Source: Carcharhinus amblyrhynchos (lineage: Eukaryota). From it: DNA of 64,000 bases. Each line of letters opens with the position of its first letter. Position 1 is the first letter of the stretch. This document shows, piece by piece, positions 25,496 through 38,063 of this stretch. The position numbers and the translations under genes are program-made. The DNA is taken from assembly GCA_965287045.1 (NCBI GenBank), contig OZ336872.1:42036001-42100000 (forward strand), written 5' to 3'. The notes under the pieces are model-generated. The model ran no database searches. It was not told the origin of the DNA and worked only from the letters and a program-made list of their open reading frames with translations.

Positions 25496-26204
25496 CATGC
25501 TTTCTTACTTACGCCAGTTTTTCATTTAAACACAGCATCAGAGGGGATTAAGATATGGTGATTTGACTGATGCAAATTCCTTCCTGCTGTAAATTCCCTC
25601 TTCCACTATGTTATACATAATGTATAACTATATTTCCACATCCAATGTCTCAGTTACTATATCTTGCTGATATTTCTCCAAGTAATTATGCTTGTTTACC
25701 ACGTTAACAACAACTTTTCATGCCTGCCTGACAGTACAATCCATGGCTTACCACTGCTTTCTTTTTTTGCCATTACTTTTATTCTGCACTGCCAGCAAAA
25801 CTGTTATAGCGTGATTAAAAATGGTACAGAAACTGGCTGTGCTGTAACTTTTTTTTATCTTCTTTGCATGCTAGTTGCTGTCCTCCAAAACGGTACAATT
25901 TCTGACCTATGCTCACTGACACACACAGAATGTTATCACCAAATTTGCTGTTGTTTGTTGGAGTTTGTAGATTTTGCGCAACAAATGTGCATTACACATT
26001 CAGCTGGAATATTCTATTGTTTCCAGTGCAATGCGCGCAAAATTGGCCATATGAGTGCAGAAGATTGCAGAATTTCCAATGCAAATTATGCCCAGTGCCA
26101 GAAAGAATTCTCACAATCTTATACATTTGTTTATAAACCACCGTGATTGATGCTGCCCCCACTACCCACCAACTGCATGAATCACCATTGAAAACTTTAT
26201 ACAA

Positions 26205-26435
26205 ACATATGAATTAGGAGCAGGAAGAGGCTATTCGGACCCTCCAGACACTCTACCATTCAATAAGATCAAGGCTCATTTAATTGTGGCCTCAACTCCA
26301 TATTGCACCCACTTCAAACTGAAAGGTTTATCTACCTCTGCCTTAAAAATTTTGAATTATCCCATCTCCACCACTCTCCAGGAAACAAAGTTTTGAAAAC
26401 TCATGCCCCTCAGAGAAAAAAAGTTTTCTCATCCC
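26205..26435 (-). mobile_element. CR1 3' tail fragment
   Basis: aacatatgaattaggagcagg...ccattcaataagatc, reverse complement of a CR1-type tail. Confidence 0.55.
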
Positions 26436-27039
26436 TATTTTTTTTGCTAATTTTTAAGAAGTTTTTTGCTAACTGCTCAAATTTGTGGTCTTTTGAGAAA
26501 ACTTTAAAAAGTTAACTTTTTTTTGGGTGCAAAGCACTCAGGCATTTAAAAGTTCTGAAAATTTTAGAAAATTACTATATTAAAGGGTCATAGGTTATTT
26601 AAAGTCATTGTCAGCTATTTAATTATCACGTATTTCAAATTTAACTCCAAAACCTGCTACGGTGGGATGTGAGCTCAGCTGCTGCTGCTGCCCCACAACT
26701 ACCGCCCCCAACCCCCCCAACCCAAGCTGCTATTTACTGTCTTATCCAGCCCATCCTCTGTATCTCCGCACACCCCATTTCCACCCTTCTGCTCTGCTCC
26801 TTGGTAAACCTAGCTGCTGGGCACATGATTAGGAGACAGCACCATTTCAACCTATAGACCATAAATGAAAAATCTATGACTAAAATGGGATCACAGTGAC
26901 CTCTTCACTGATACTATGCAGGATGAAATAGCTATACCATTGAATACTAGTTCCATGACTTCATTTGTTGGTGAAAGAACTGATATTGGAAGTCAATTGG
27001 ATCAGGAAAAGGAGCTACAGATACTGGTATAGTACTTAA

Positions 27040-27545
27040 GAAAAACACATATCTGAAGAAGAAGCCTCCTTGTCCAAATCTCTAGCATTGACTACATTCT
27101 ATCAACTCTGCTGGGTGGGCCACAGTACTGCATGCCTGACACAAGATTTCCAAAACAAGTCCCGCACTCAGAGCTTCAACCAGGCAAATGGTCCTGGGAA
27201 GTTAGAAAAAACACTTCAAGGACACCGTCAACACTTGCTTGAAAAAGTGCATCATTCCTACTGACAACCTGAGAATCCCCAGCCCAGGACTACCTGAAGT
27301 GCAGGAAAAGCATTTGGGAAGGAGTTGAACACCTCGAGTTTCATCACTGAGAACAAGCTGAAGCCAAGCATCGACAGCGAAAGGAGCGGGTGGCAACCTG
27401 GGCACCCCACCCACCCACTTCTCCAACCACTGCCCCTCCTGTGACACAGAATATAGGTTGCACATTGGATCTCAGTTACCTGAGAACTCAGTTTCCGTGT
27501 GGAAGCAAGTTGTCCTCAGCTCTGAAGGACTGCCTAAGAAGGAAG
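27040..27545 (+). mobile_element. RTE-clade LINE 3' end
   Basis: Frameshifted QLCWVGH...MPDTRFPKQVPHSEL...FKDTVNTCLKKC, matching RTE C-terminal motifs; ends in aag repeats. Confidence 0.7.
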
Positions 27546-27683
27546 TACTGAGGAAACATTAACAGAATGATGATGATAGTCCCCGACTGTGGTCAAGAAC
27601 TTCAACTGAGATAGATGTTAGTTGTTGTATGCCTGTTATCGCTAGACGTTTGATTATGGTAAACCAGCTGGGTAATTGGGTCA

Positions 27684-27824
<141 letters not shown>

Positions 27825-28452
27825 TCAGATAATCAACATTTTAAAAAATACAGAAAAGTTGCTGTGCTTTCCTGAGACAGCAAAAAAACACACCCAGTTG
27901 TACATATTTAATCCTTTCATTTAAAATAAAAAAATCATTTTATATTTTAAAACTGGTCATAAAGGTCTTTACGATTTACAAAAAAAAGCTAACAGGCCAA
28001 GAACTGACAACAAAAATGAGTAGGAATCAACATTTTAATGTGAAACGAAGCTAAAATCCCATCATCCTGTGAAAGTACTGTTTTGTAATTCACCAAAATG
28101 ACACAAAATGATTTTCTTCTGGAAATGTGTGACTGAATATGTATGGCACATAAAGCTTTTGGTGCCATTAAAAAGCAACCAACCTTTTTCTTCTCGAAGG
28201 TCTCCTTATTTTCTGAGCTTTAACAGTTAATTATGTCATCAAGATAACAGAAATCAAATGAAGCCAGAATGAAGGCAAAGGACAACAAGAATAAGAAAGA
28301 TGGAATCTGTCACAAGCTTGAATTATGAATATAATTATGCATGATTATTTTATACTGCGAAGATGTTCCCTTTTTCTGCACGTTTATAACTAATCTAAAT
28401 AAGTACCTTGCCAGCAGACAGCATATTTCATGATTTATATAAAATGGTCTAG

Positions 28453-28680
28453 NNNNNNNNNNNNNNNNNNNNNNNNNNNNNNNNNNNNNNNNNNNNNNNN
28501 NNNNNNNNNNNNNNNNNNNNNNNNNNNNNNNNNNNNNNNNNNNNNNNNNNNNNNNNNNNNNNNNNNNNNNNNNNNNNNNNNNNNNNNNNNNNNNNNNNNN
28601 NNNNNNNNNNNNNNNNNNNNNNNNNNNNNNNNNNNNNNNNNNNNNNNNNNNNNNNNNNNNNNNNNNNNNNNNNNNNNNNN
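28453..28680. other. Assembly gap (228 N)
   Basis: Run of N. Confidence 1.
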
Positions 28681-29450
28681 CCATGTAGGTCACTGTCACT
28701 AAGCATGCCTTCATGCTCAGCTCGTCAGTTTAGCAAAATGTCGTTTGTGCTTGCTTTCTGAAATTCATTTCTGTCATTTACTACACATCACAGCAGTAGA
28801 CTGACCACACCTGGCCAGGGTTTCCGCACCATTCAGGAATTATTCTCCCTTCAGCAGCAATATCCAACAATTCTTCGCAGACTTTGTTACATGAGATGGG
28901 TCACTCTCTTCCCATAATGACAGCGTGGGTCACAGTGCATAATTAATAGGAAATGAAATATTCAAATACGCTCTAATGCAGCTTGGTGAAATGTGGTTTA
29001 AATAAAAAGGCTATAAAAGTGTGGAACTGACATAAAGAGAGACTATGAATGTTGGCATGTGTCACTTCTTAGACCTCAGATGAAGTGTACGCAAAAGCTT
29101 TCTGGTGAAATGACAGTTGCTAATGTAAATTGCTGCAATAAAACAACCAACTAAACGAAGACCCTTTCATGGGACAAAGCCGGGCCTTCTTCCATCAGTC
29201 AGTTTACGATTATTGCCAAGGCTTTCCTCATATTCCAACTAAACACAGATCCAAATATCAACAAATACACAGAAATGTTTCATATATAATTGGTCAGTGT
29301 CAGAAATAGCATTTTTTTTAGGGTACCCATTAATGGGAATATGAGATGTGAAATGTCAGCTAATGTCTATAAACAACCAATGTAATGTATGAAAGTATTA
29401 CTTTCAATTTAATCATTAATCCAGGATAATTTTTAATTACGTAACGGGCA
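28681..29450. promoter_or_regulatory. Candidate conserved non-coding element
   Basis: Repeat-free block with TGACAG/CTGTCA, TAATTA and CATTAATG motifs. Conservation inferred only. Confidence 0.3.
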
Positions 29451-30089
29451 AGAATAGCAGTTGAATCCTAAGGCAAAGTAAAGATTCTTTGAGCATTGAT
29501 TGACCCTGCTGTATTTATTTTGGTTGGGGTGAATTTTTGGTTACAGGCAAAAGGGGAAAAGCAGAAAATTGATCACATCAATATTCACTAAAAAGCTCTC
29601 TCCATCCAATGATATTAAAAGAATTTCCCTGTCTGAAACCACTTCTCTAACTTTTAAACAATCTGAAGCTGCTATGTAGGATCTCATTTTCCTTTCTGTG
29701 GACATTCCAGTGCCCATTTAACAATGCCAACCATCACAGGCACTTTAAAATCTGCTGTCCTTCAAAAACCAGTTAAAAATTTCCAACTATGCATTAATGC
29801 AAAAGTTGTGGTTTTAAAGAACTAAATGGAAGGTTAATCGTGCAATTTAAAATACTTTAGGTATGACTCAAACATGGTGAGGAGGGAAGGCCCCCTACTA
29901 GCTTTTGCGTCCCCAGGTTTGACTCTCAAATTTCTGAGTGCTAAACATTGCAGCAGAGTAACTTGTTTCATGCTAAAATTGCAAAATATACTTATCCATT
30001 CATTGTATATCTGATGTACAATCGTGCTGATTGTCTTTATCATCAACATGCTTCTTTAGGAAATCTTAGATCTCAGCAGAATGGCTGTT

Positions 30090-31045
30090 TTGCTTTTGAA
30101 GTGCCATGTGAGCATCTCTGGCGAGGCTAGCAATTATTACTCTGCCCTTTTGATTTACTGCAGTCATCTGGTGTAGGTACACCCACGGTGTCGTTAGGGA
30201 GAAAGCGTAAGGATTTTGAACTGACAACAGTGAAGGAATGACAATTTGGTTCCAAATTAGGATAGTGTGTGTGTCTAGGACGGGAAGTTGCACCTGTCAT
30301 ACTCTCACTCATCTTTTGCCCTTGTCCTTTTGGATGGTGAAAGTTGTGCATTTGTAAGATGCTGTCAAAAGAGCCTTGGCATGTGGCTGCAGTGCATCCT
30401 GTATATGATACACACTGTTCCACAGTACAGAGTAGTGAAGAAGCTGCATGCTTAAGATGCTGAATGAGATGCTGATTAAGTAAGCTGCTTTGTCCTGGAT
30501 TGTGACGAGCTTCTTGAATGATGTTGGAGCTGCACTCATCCAGGCAAATGGTGAATAATCCGTCACACTCCTGCCTTGTGCCTTGCAGATGTTGGATAAG
30601 CTTTGAGGAGTCAGGCAAGATACACAGAATTCCCAATCTCTGACCTGGTCTCTCAGCCATTGTACTTAAATGGCTAGTCTAGTTAAGTTTATGATTAATG
30701 GTAACCCTGAGGCTGCTGATGTGGGAAAATTCAGTGATAATAATGCTGTTGAACATAAAGAGGAGATGGTGCAATTCTCACTTGTTCAAGATGATCATTG
30801 CGTGGTATTTGTATGACTTGAATGTTACTTGCCACTTACTATACCAAGCCAGAATATCACCCAGGTCTTGTTACATAGGGACACAAACTGTTTTGGTTTC
30901 TAAGGGGTTATAAATGGTACTGAAAACAATACAAACATCAGCCAACATTCCCATTTTTGATCTTATGGAGGGAAGGTCACTGATCAAGCAGCTGAAGATG
31001 GTTGGACCAAGGGCACATCCTGAGGAACACCTGCCATGATGTCAT
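30090..31045 (-). mobile_element. CR1/L2-group LINE 3' fragment, same family as 23805-25495
   Basis: ORF 30309-30566(-) DYSPFAWMSAAPTSFKKLVTIQDKAA parallels ORF 25023(+) EYSPLAWINAASATLKKLNTVEDRAA. Confidence 0.85.
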
Positions 31046-31689
31046 GATACAATGGACTAGAAATTATTATTTATTTCATAAAAATTCTGACGTGGTTAAT
31101 AACTTAAGTGCTATCATTAGCTGAGACAGAGAGCTGGAGTTTCTTGTGAGTTTGGTAAAACCAACCTGTACATTCTTGCACCTTCTGAAATGCACACCCT
31201 ATTCATTTGTGACTTTGCCCAGGAGTTTTGCCTTTTCATACAGGGATTGAGTTGAAACAAGTTTTGAGTTTATGGAGAGGCAAGCCAGTTGGGAGGCTTG
31301 CCTTTCTCCAAAGCAGCCAAGTTCCCACCATGTTTAAAGGACTCCCAGACCTCATCTCTCCACCAATGCCATCTATGTCCCCTCATCCCCACACCCACAC
31401 TATGCTACCCCATGCATCCTTCATAGCCACTCACACAATATGCACTACGTACAGTCTTCAGGAGCCATTCAAAAGCAATGGGAATTTTTAAAAATCATTG
31501 AAAAAAATACACTTCAACCGATCCAGTCAAGCCCTGAATTCAAACACACTGCAAAGATTCTCCCAAAAAATTCGAAGTGTTGAATTAGCATTATAAATGG
31601 AGTAGATCATACTGTTATCTTCAGCGGGAGTTTCAAAATGAATCTCCCACACTATGTGCACTGCAGAGTGCACTAGCACGAGTCACTTC

Positions 31690-32126
31690 ACAAATCAGTG
31701 AGTGAGGTGTATTCCCGTTGGAAAGGCCAACAGCATAGCATTGAGTGGGTCACTGTGCATGTACCGTTTGTCAGCACCGAGATCGGTGCATGTGCAGTAG
31801 CCCGAACTGCTGGCCTCCCGATTGCTGACCAGTCCCGCGATCCCCATGTTGCTGGCCTCCATGATTGCTGGTCTTCAAGACACGTCCTGGATTGTGACAA
31901 GCTTCTCGAACGGCTAGCGGGCCTGGAGACTTCAGTCACAGGCTCGCTAATGGGATTTAAAGTAGATTCAAATTAGGGTTTGCATACATTAGGCACCACC
32001 AATTTCTGGTGCGGACCTGATGGCGCTAGAAATCCAGGGCTGGGAGACGCGCGGAGGCCTGGATGCCCAGCGTGAACTGACCTCCGCTCAAGTTTCCCAG
32101 CCCGCTGGGACGGGAGAATCGCCCCC
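31690..32126. mobile_element. MITE or DNA transposon fragment
   Basis: CpG-rich segment ending gggacgggagaatcgccccc, the TIR type also seen at 53972 and 54515. Confidence 0.6.
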
Positions 32127-32179
32127 ACTTTCTATGATACTAGAACAAAAAAAAGGCTACTCCAGAGCAAAGAAATGCA

Positions 32180-32770
32180 ATCTTTTAAATTCCTATTAGG
32201 TGTGTAAACAAACAAGAAACTGCAATAAATGCATATTCTGTTATTACAGCCTCTTAAAATTTTTTAACAGCTTTTGCATCAATCGGTCACCTGGTGAGCT
32301 GATGCCATTGGTAGTTTTTCAACTCCAGCTAAGCATTCATAATGACTAAAGCTGCTATAATAAAAGCTTCCAGCTCCATTGTCCAAAACTCATAGAACAG
32401 AATGCTGTTCAATTTACATTTCAAAGCAGAGTGTCAATCAATCTATGAATGGGAGCAGGCACGAAGATTTTATTTCAACCTTCAAAAGTAAGGCTTCTTA
32501 AGAGCCACAGCTGTCAACCGATTTAAATCGTAGCATAAAAATTAACAGCAGAGTTTGACAGACTTTCTTTCATTTTCCTAATGCATTATGTCAGTTTGTT
32601 CTTCCAATGGAAAAACTACTGTAATGCATGACAACAGTTACACAATGCTGGCCAATGCAAGGGTCAACTTACCATGGGAGGATAGATCCCTATAGTAAAT
32701 AAACGAATTAAAAACACACCTTCATTACAACACGGCACTCAACACTGACATTTGAAGGTTTCAAAATAAT
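32180..32770. promoter_or_regulatory. Candidate conserved non-coding element
   Basis: Repeat-free, with GTAAACAAACA forkhead motif at 32204-32214 and several TGTCA/TGACA motifs. Confidence 0.3.
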
Positions 32771-33002
32771 CTACATTTAACTTTTAGGACGTTCCCGAAT
32801 CCTCAGCAGGCTTCCCTCAGTGATCACAAACTCTCTAAGGAAATGCGTTTTTTTTAGGACATCCAAAACCCACACCAGCAAATGCAAATATTGTGCAGGA
32901 AGAAATATAATTTTCCATGGTCATCACCAAGAGGACCTCCAACCCCTGAAGAAATGAATGTGCATTTTTGACGCAAGGATTTCCCAACCCCAGAAAAGAT
33001 TA

Positions 33003-33137
33003 TGGCCGGAATTCACCGACCTTGCCCATGGCTGAATTCTCTGGTCCTGTTGCTATGAATGGAGATTTAACCAAGTTCCAAATTCTCCATTGTCCATGGC
33101 AGCAGTGATAGAGTAAATGGGAAAGAAGAATCCAGGT
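33003..33137. mobile_element. Short decayed MITE
   Basis: ggccggaattc...gaatccagg ends; interior gaatggagattt...aaattctc shared with 43033-43140. Confidence 0.5.
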
Positions 33138-34279
33138 TTATGTGAAAATGGCATGGGTTTAGGAAAGTAGAGGAAATTAGCTTTTCCTGTGCAAAAAATT
33201 GCCATTCTGCATCTTCATTGGGAGAAAAAAATCCAAACCTGAATCATCTTTTGTGATCATATATATTAGGCTGATAAAAAAACTACACCACACTTAGACT
33301 ACATCTGATGTTTTAAAATAATGTAAACAATATTTTAAAAGCTACAAAAATGTTACAAAAATAGACAAACCCATGGATGTTAAAGAAATATTATTGTTGA
33401 ATCAACAGATGTATTGATTTGCATTGTATTAAACTGAATTTTCACTTCCACGTATTTTGTTACAATAGTTATCAACATTGGTTGACGCTAGTTCATTGTT
33501 AGTTTTAAAATCAATTTGATCCATATATAGGCAGCTTTTAGAATAATTCATATATATTTTTAATTAGCTCCACCATAGCTTTCAACTTGTTGCAATTTCC
33601 AAAAGATTTGTGATTTTTGTGAATTATAGGATCACAGTGGTCTATTCTATGGGGCCATTTCTGCTGCAAGTGGAGTTAGGGCCTAGCAAAGTTTGATTTT
33701 TTTTTTGTAATTCCCTCTCAAAACCTTGAAAATTTGCACCACACAGTTGATAATTATATTTCTATTTATGCCTCTGTTGCCTATGTAATGGCAAAATGGC
33801 AGATTCCTTGCAGAGCTCCAGGTCTGTCTATATATATCCCTTTTACTTTGCTTGCCCATTCTTTGTTCCATTCTTCTAATATGCTTTATCCCAGCTGCTA
33901 GCATCGGCTGAGTTTCATTCAAAGCTCAAGATCTCCTGGATTTTGAAACTAAGAGGATTTTTTAAGTGAAGCAAATCCTATTAAATGATCAATTTACCCC
34001 AAACTAACACAGAGTTTTTGTGCCATATTACTTAAAAGAAAATGTTTTTTAAAAAAATCATAACCAGTTCAATAATGAAGTGAACTGGTGTGAAAGTTAT
34101 TGCCCAGCTTACTTTTGTAATTTTCCATTTTCCTGATAAGACTTAAAAGGTGCAGCATTAATTTTGCCCTTGACTTTTTAAGCAATATTTAACTTCAGTA
34201 AACAGCATTTTAAAAAAAATCATGAGGAAGTCAAATGATCTTCAGTTTAAAAGGAAGTTGTCATTGCTTCAATTCTAGT

Positions 34280-34295
34280 GTCACTAGAGGGCACT
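34280..34295 (+). promoter_or_regulatory. Candidate CTCF-binding site
   Basis: gtCACTAGAGGGCACt closely fits the CTCF core CCASYAGRKGGCRS. Confidence 0.55.
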
Positions 34296-35943
34296 GTGGC
34301 ATATGGGTCACTCTGACCCTTTTAGACCATTGCACCAAAGGTTTTAACACTACTTAATGGTTGTTAGGTTTTGTATACAGGAAAATCTCAACTAATATCA
34401 ATAATGAGTATGACTTAAAGTAAGATTCTGGGGAGAAAAAAAGTCAAAAGAGTAAAGAAAGGAAGCATTGGAAAATGACTGATCCAACTGTCCCCTCATA
34501 ACATTCTCAAGAATGGAACAAGTTCACAATTTATTGCACGTTGACTTCTTCACATGCATTGCTGCTTAGCATATTCTTCTTAAAATTAAAAACCCCAATG
34601 CTGCAAATTTATGCAGAAAGGTTTTGAATCTACACATGAGAATTCTGAAGGCCTTGTACTCATGGAACACATTAAATAGAAGTCTCTTTGTAATTAAAGT
34701 TTTTCTTTAAATGCTTGCTGAGTTTGAATAGTCTAGACAAACAACTGAACTACGCCACAGTGAGCTAATAAAAACAAGTTCAAAAAAATCACTCATAATA
34801 AGTCTTTCTTTCATTTTCCATACAGCTTCCATCTTAGCTGGGTCTATTTTATGTGAAATTTTATTAAAAGAAGCTGATATAAAAATGCAACAGTCAAGTG
34901 TCAGTAATTTGTTTTTAAGTGCTACATTCCATTCTCTAAAGCTGTTTGTATACTTCAGTATTAAAAACAGATGGGATTGTATCACTGTCTGAAAAATTAC
35001 CTAATCTCTTAGCCATTTCAGTACTGAAACTTTTTCAGTATCCAAAATGTGACTGTGATCTGATTACTCAACTAGAATGATATTTGTGAATATCAAGTAA
35101 CAATTATAAATTAAAGCACATATGGAATTTGTGGCTCGGGTGGTCTCATTATATGACTGTAACAAACATTTTTTGTGACTATCAAGCCATTCGTATCCTA
35201 ATGCAGTTCATAAATGGTTAAAAGCTACAATTTTGAGTTGACTTAGTACCAGGACACTTTCTCACTGTGATAGCATTTAAAAAAAACTGACTTAATGTAA
35301 GACAATATTAGACCTTTGGTAATTGATCTGTCGAAGCACATATTTGAATTCCTATGACGAAATGGTTTTCAAACAATGCTGATTATCATACAGGATAAGA
35401 GTACCTACTGGCACTGTATTGACTAACACTAACTGGAACAACAGTTGGCCAATTATGTTTGGCAGTTAATTAATAACCAGGAGTTTATGAGCCAGCATTG
35501 CAACTAGCTTAAAAACAAATAAGGAAATAAATATGCACACTGCTTACAGAGTCTGCTTTTTTTCCTGATACAACATTTGCTGCCAACAGTTATAGAATTG
35601 TACATATGTTCATTTTCTTTTCAGCTGGTCTAAGCATACATCAGCCTAGATATAGAAATTAACTGGCATGGCATACGTACACTTCGCCTTACTCCCCAAC
35701 CAGCACGCTGCACCACTCCCCCCAACACAACATTTTATCCTCCACTAATAACAAACATGGGACTATCAGTTTGATTCAGACATCAGTCCCATGACTGCCA
35801 TTCTACACTTTAACGAGCAAGTTTACTGCAATTCTGTACATCATAGATGGCATTTTACTCAGGTCAACTGTGTTACTCTGCTGGATCCCTGAGTTAATCA
35901 AATGTCAATCAATTAATGGATGAAAAAACAGAGCTGGACTTAC

Positions 35944-36048
35944 TTCAGAAACTGTCCAAAGTCTTCACAGACTGCCTCACAACCAGGCCATTTACACACA
36001 CCATGACCGTATAAAGGATGATTGCACCCGTGCTCCTCATGGGATAAG
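35944..36048 (-). CDS. FOXP1: FOXP1 coding exon, first half of C2H2 zinc finger (105 nt, phase 2 to 2)
   Basis: ttcttcag|CTTATCC...CTGAA|gtaagt. Translates [34 protein letters not shown](K). Not in the supplied ORF track. Confidence 0.97.
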
Positions 36049-37820
36049 CTGAAGAACAGAAAACAGAATATGTATATTTTAGCTACAGCTAAGACTATAT
36101 ATACAGAAGAGTCCCTTTACAAGACTGAAATGCACAAGAGCCATACAAAAGGGACATTATAGGGGAGAAATGTTATAATAGGGGATAGCACTATAAAAAT
36201 TGTTGTATTCAAGATTATAGCAGAGTTTTAATGGGTTATGCATTATATGGTTTCTCAGTTAGTCAGAGATCTGCAATAAATGCAACACGTGGTATATCAA
36301 AGAGCTTCATAAAAGTGGTCCACACATTATGCTTGTTGAACTACAGCAATGTAATGTCAGTGTTTTTTCAGAAGCTTATAAATTATGAGGATATGATCTG
36401 CTCTCAGCAGTTGAAATTACTGTTACATTAATAAGGTAGATGTACTTTGAAAAGTTCAGAAATGGGAAAAAAGGTTGATTATGAAAATTTGCTACCTAAC
36501 AATAACAAAAGACATGTCATTCCAATGCATGCATGACATAGTCCTTCCTAAACAGGAAACAGGCACTCAATGCTGGACAAGTGCTTAATGCAGCCTTTCT
36601 ATATCCGGATCACTGGAATTCAACTTCTCTTCAGCCTTTCACTCATTGTTAATATCGAACATCAGCCATTTCTTAGAGTCGTCTGTAGTAATATTTACTA
36701 TAAGGACAATAAAGCAAACATTCACTACTGAAAGCCAACTTTTGCAAAGCTAGTATTACATTATACCATTTAGGAATATTTCAAATAGCAACAAAAGATA
36801 AAAGACAAAGGCTGGTATATTCCAAATGTTAGGTTACTCATTTCTCCAGAAACAAAGCACTATGTATTCAGTGAACAAGCAACGGCTTGGTTACATGACT
36901 GGTTCAGGGCTTGGTAAATATTAGCGATCCAGCCAGTCTACCACAATTGTAGTGAATCCTGTCTGTCTCTGATGGTTGCAGGCTGGGTAGTTCCTACATG
37001 AAAACAATGACAGAAAGCCTATAAACCTTCAGCCACTTTCGAATGGATCTGAATTTATTAATGCTCATCTTCGGGGGTCAGCAAAAGAATGAACACAAAA
37101 ATCTCTCGGCCTATCTTTGTGCTGGAGAATCCTGATAGGGAGGCAAGACACTTAGAACAGCACAAGCAAGTTAAAATAAAGTTCTAAAAATAAACCTCTA
37201 CTTATAATTTAATTTTAAGTACATTTACCTATATTGCTCATTTTCTTGTTATAACCAACCCGAAAGAATGATTTTACTTCACTTGTCTGAGTCACAAGGC
37301 ACAAATGATCCAGGTCATGTGGTGAGCAGTCAGATGTTATCTCTGTTCAACTGAGTAATAAACCACATCCCCCTTCATGTATTTCAATGCCATCAGGACT
37401 TTCATTAGTCTATTTGAAATATCCTGCACAGAAGCTCTGGCACAACTGACATATCACAATAGTGGAGAAACCAAGAATTTTGCTCAAGTTCTAACATGAA
37501 AGTGAGCTGATCTTTCTGTAAAAGTCAGACTAATGCTGGCAGCATCTGCAACAGCAACACCACTGTCAACTGATAATACAGATATTACAAATAATCCTAA
37601 CTGGAAACCTATTATTGTTCACCTTTTCTTTCATGAAATTTTATCACGCTAAGTACCTCTCCTGCTGAAGCCAATGAACTGTTCCCAAGTTTCAGCCAAT
37701 GGCACTATATGACAGCATGTAAGAGAACCCAAGGAAAATTAACTTTCTGACCATTAATCTGGCCAATCCTGACACCTCCCTCCTATAAGGGCAAGGTTAT
37801 CAATGAGAACTCAATGCATG

Positions 37821-38063
37821 AAATGGAATTGCCGGCGTTGGACTGGGATAGGCACAATAAGTAGTCTCACAGCACCAGGTTAAAGTCCAACAGGTTTATT
37901 TGGTAGCACAAGCTTTTGGAGCATTGCCCCTTCATCAGGTGACTCACCTGTGCAATTGATATTAGCCGAAGGTTTCTCACCTGATGAAGGGGCAACACTC
38001 TGAAAGCTTGTGCTACCAAATAAACCTGTTGGACTTTAACCTGGTGTTGTGAGACTACTTACT
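37821..38063. mobile_element. Penelope-like fold-back element, related to 1858-2182 with tail on the opposite side
   Basis: Inverted arms about 37858-37943 and 37976-38061, tail gccggcgttggactggg on the left. Direct repeat gaactcaatgcatg at 37807-37820 and 38064-38077. CTGATGA...GAAA core. Confidence 0.75.

Noticed and set aside
28310-28714. ORFs spanning the N run, or a missing exon in the gap
   Set aside because: Gap artefacts; exons 35944-36048 and 27711-27798 join in frame to a complete zinc finger.
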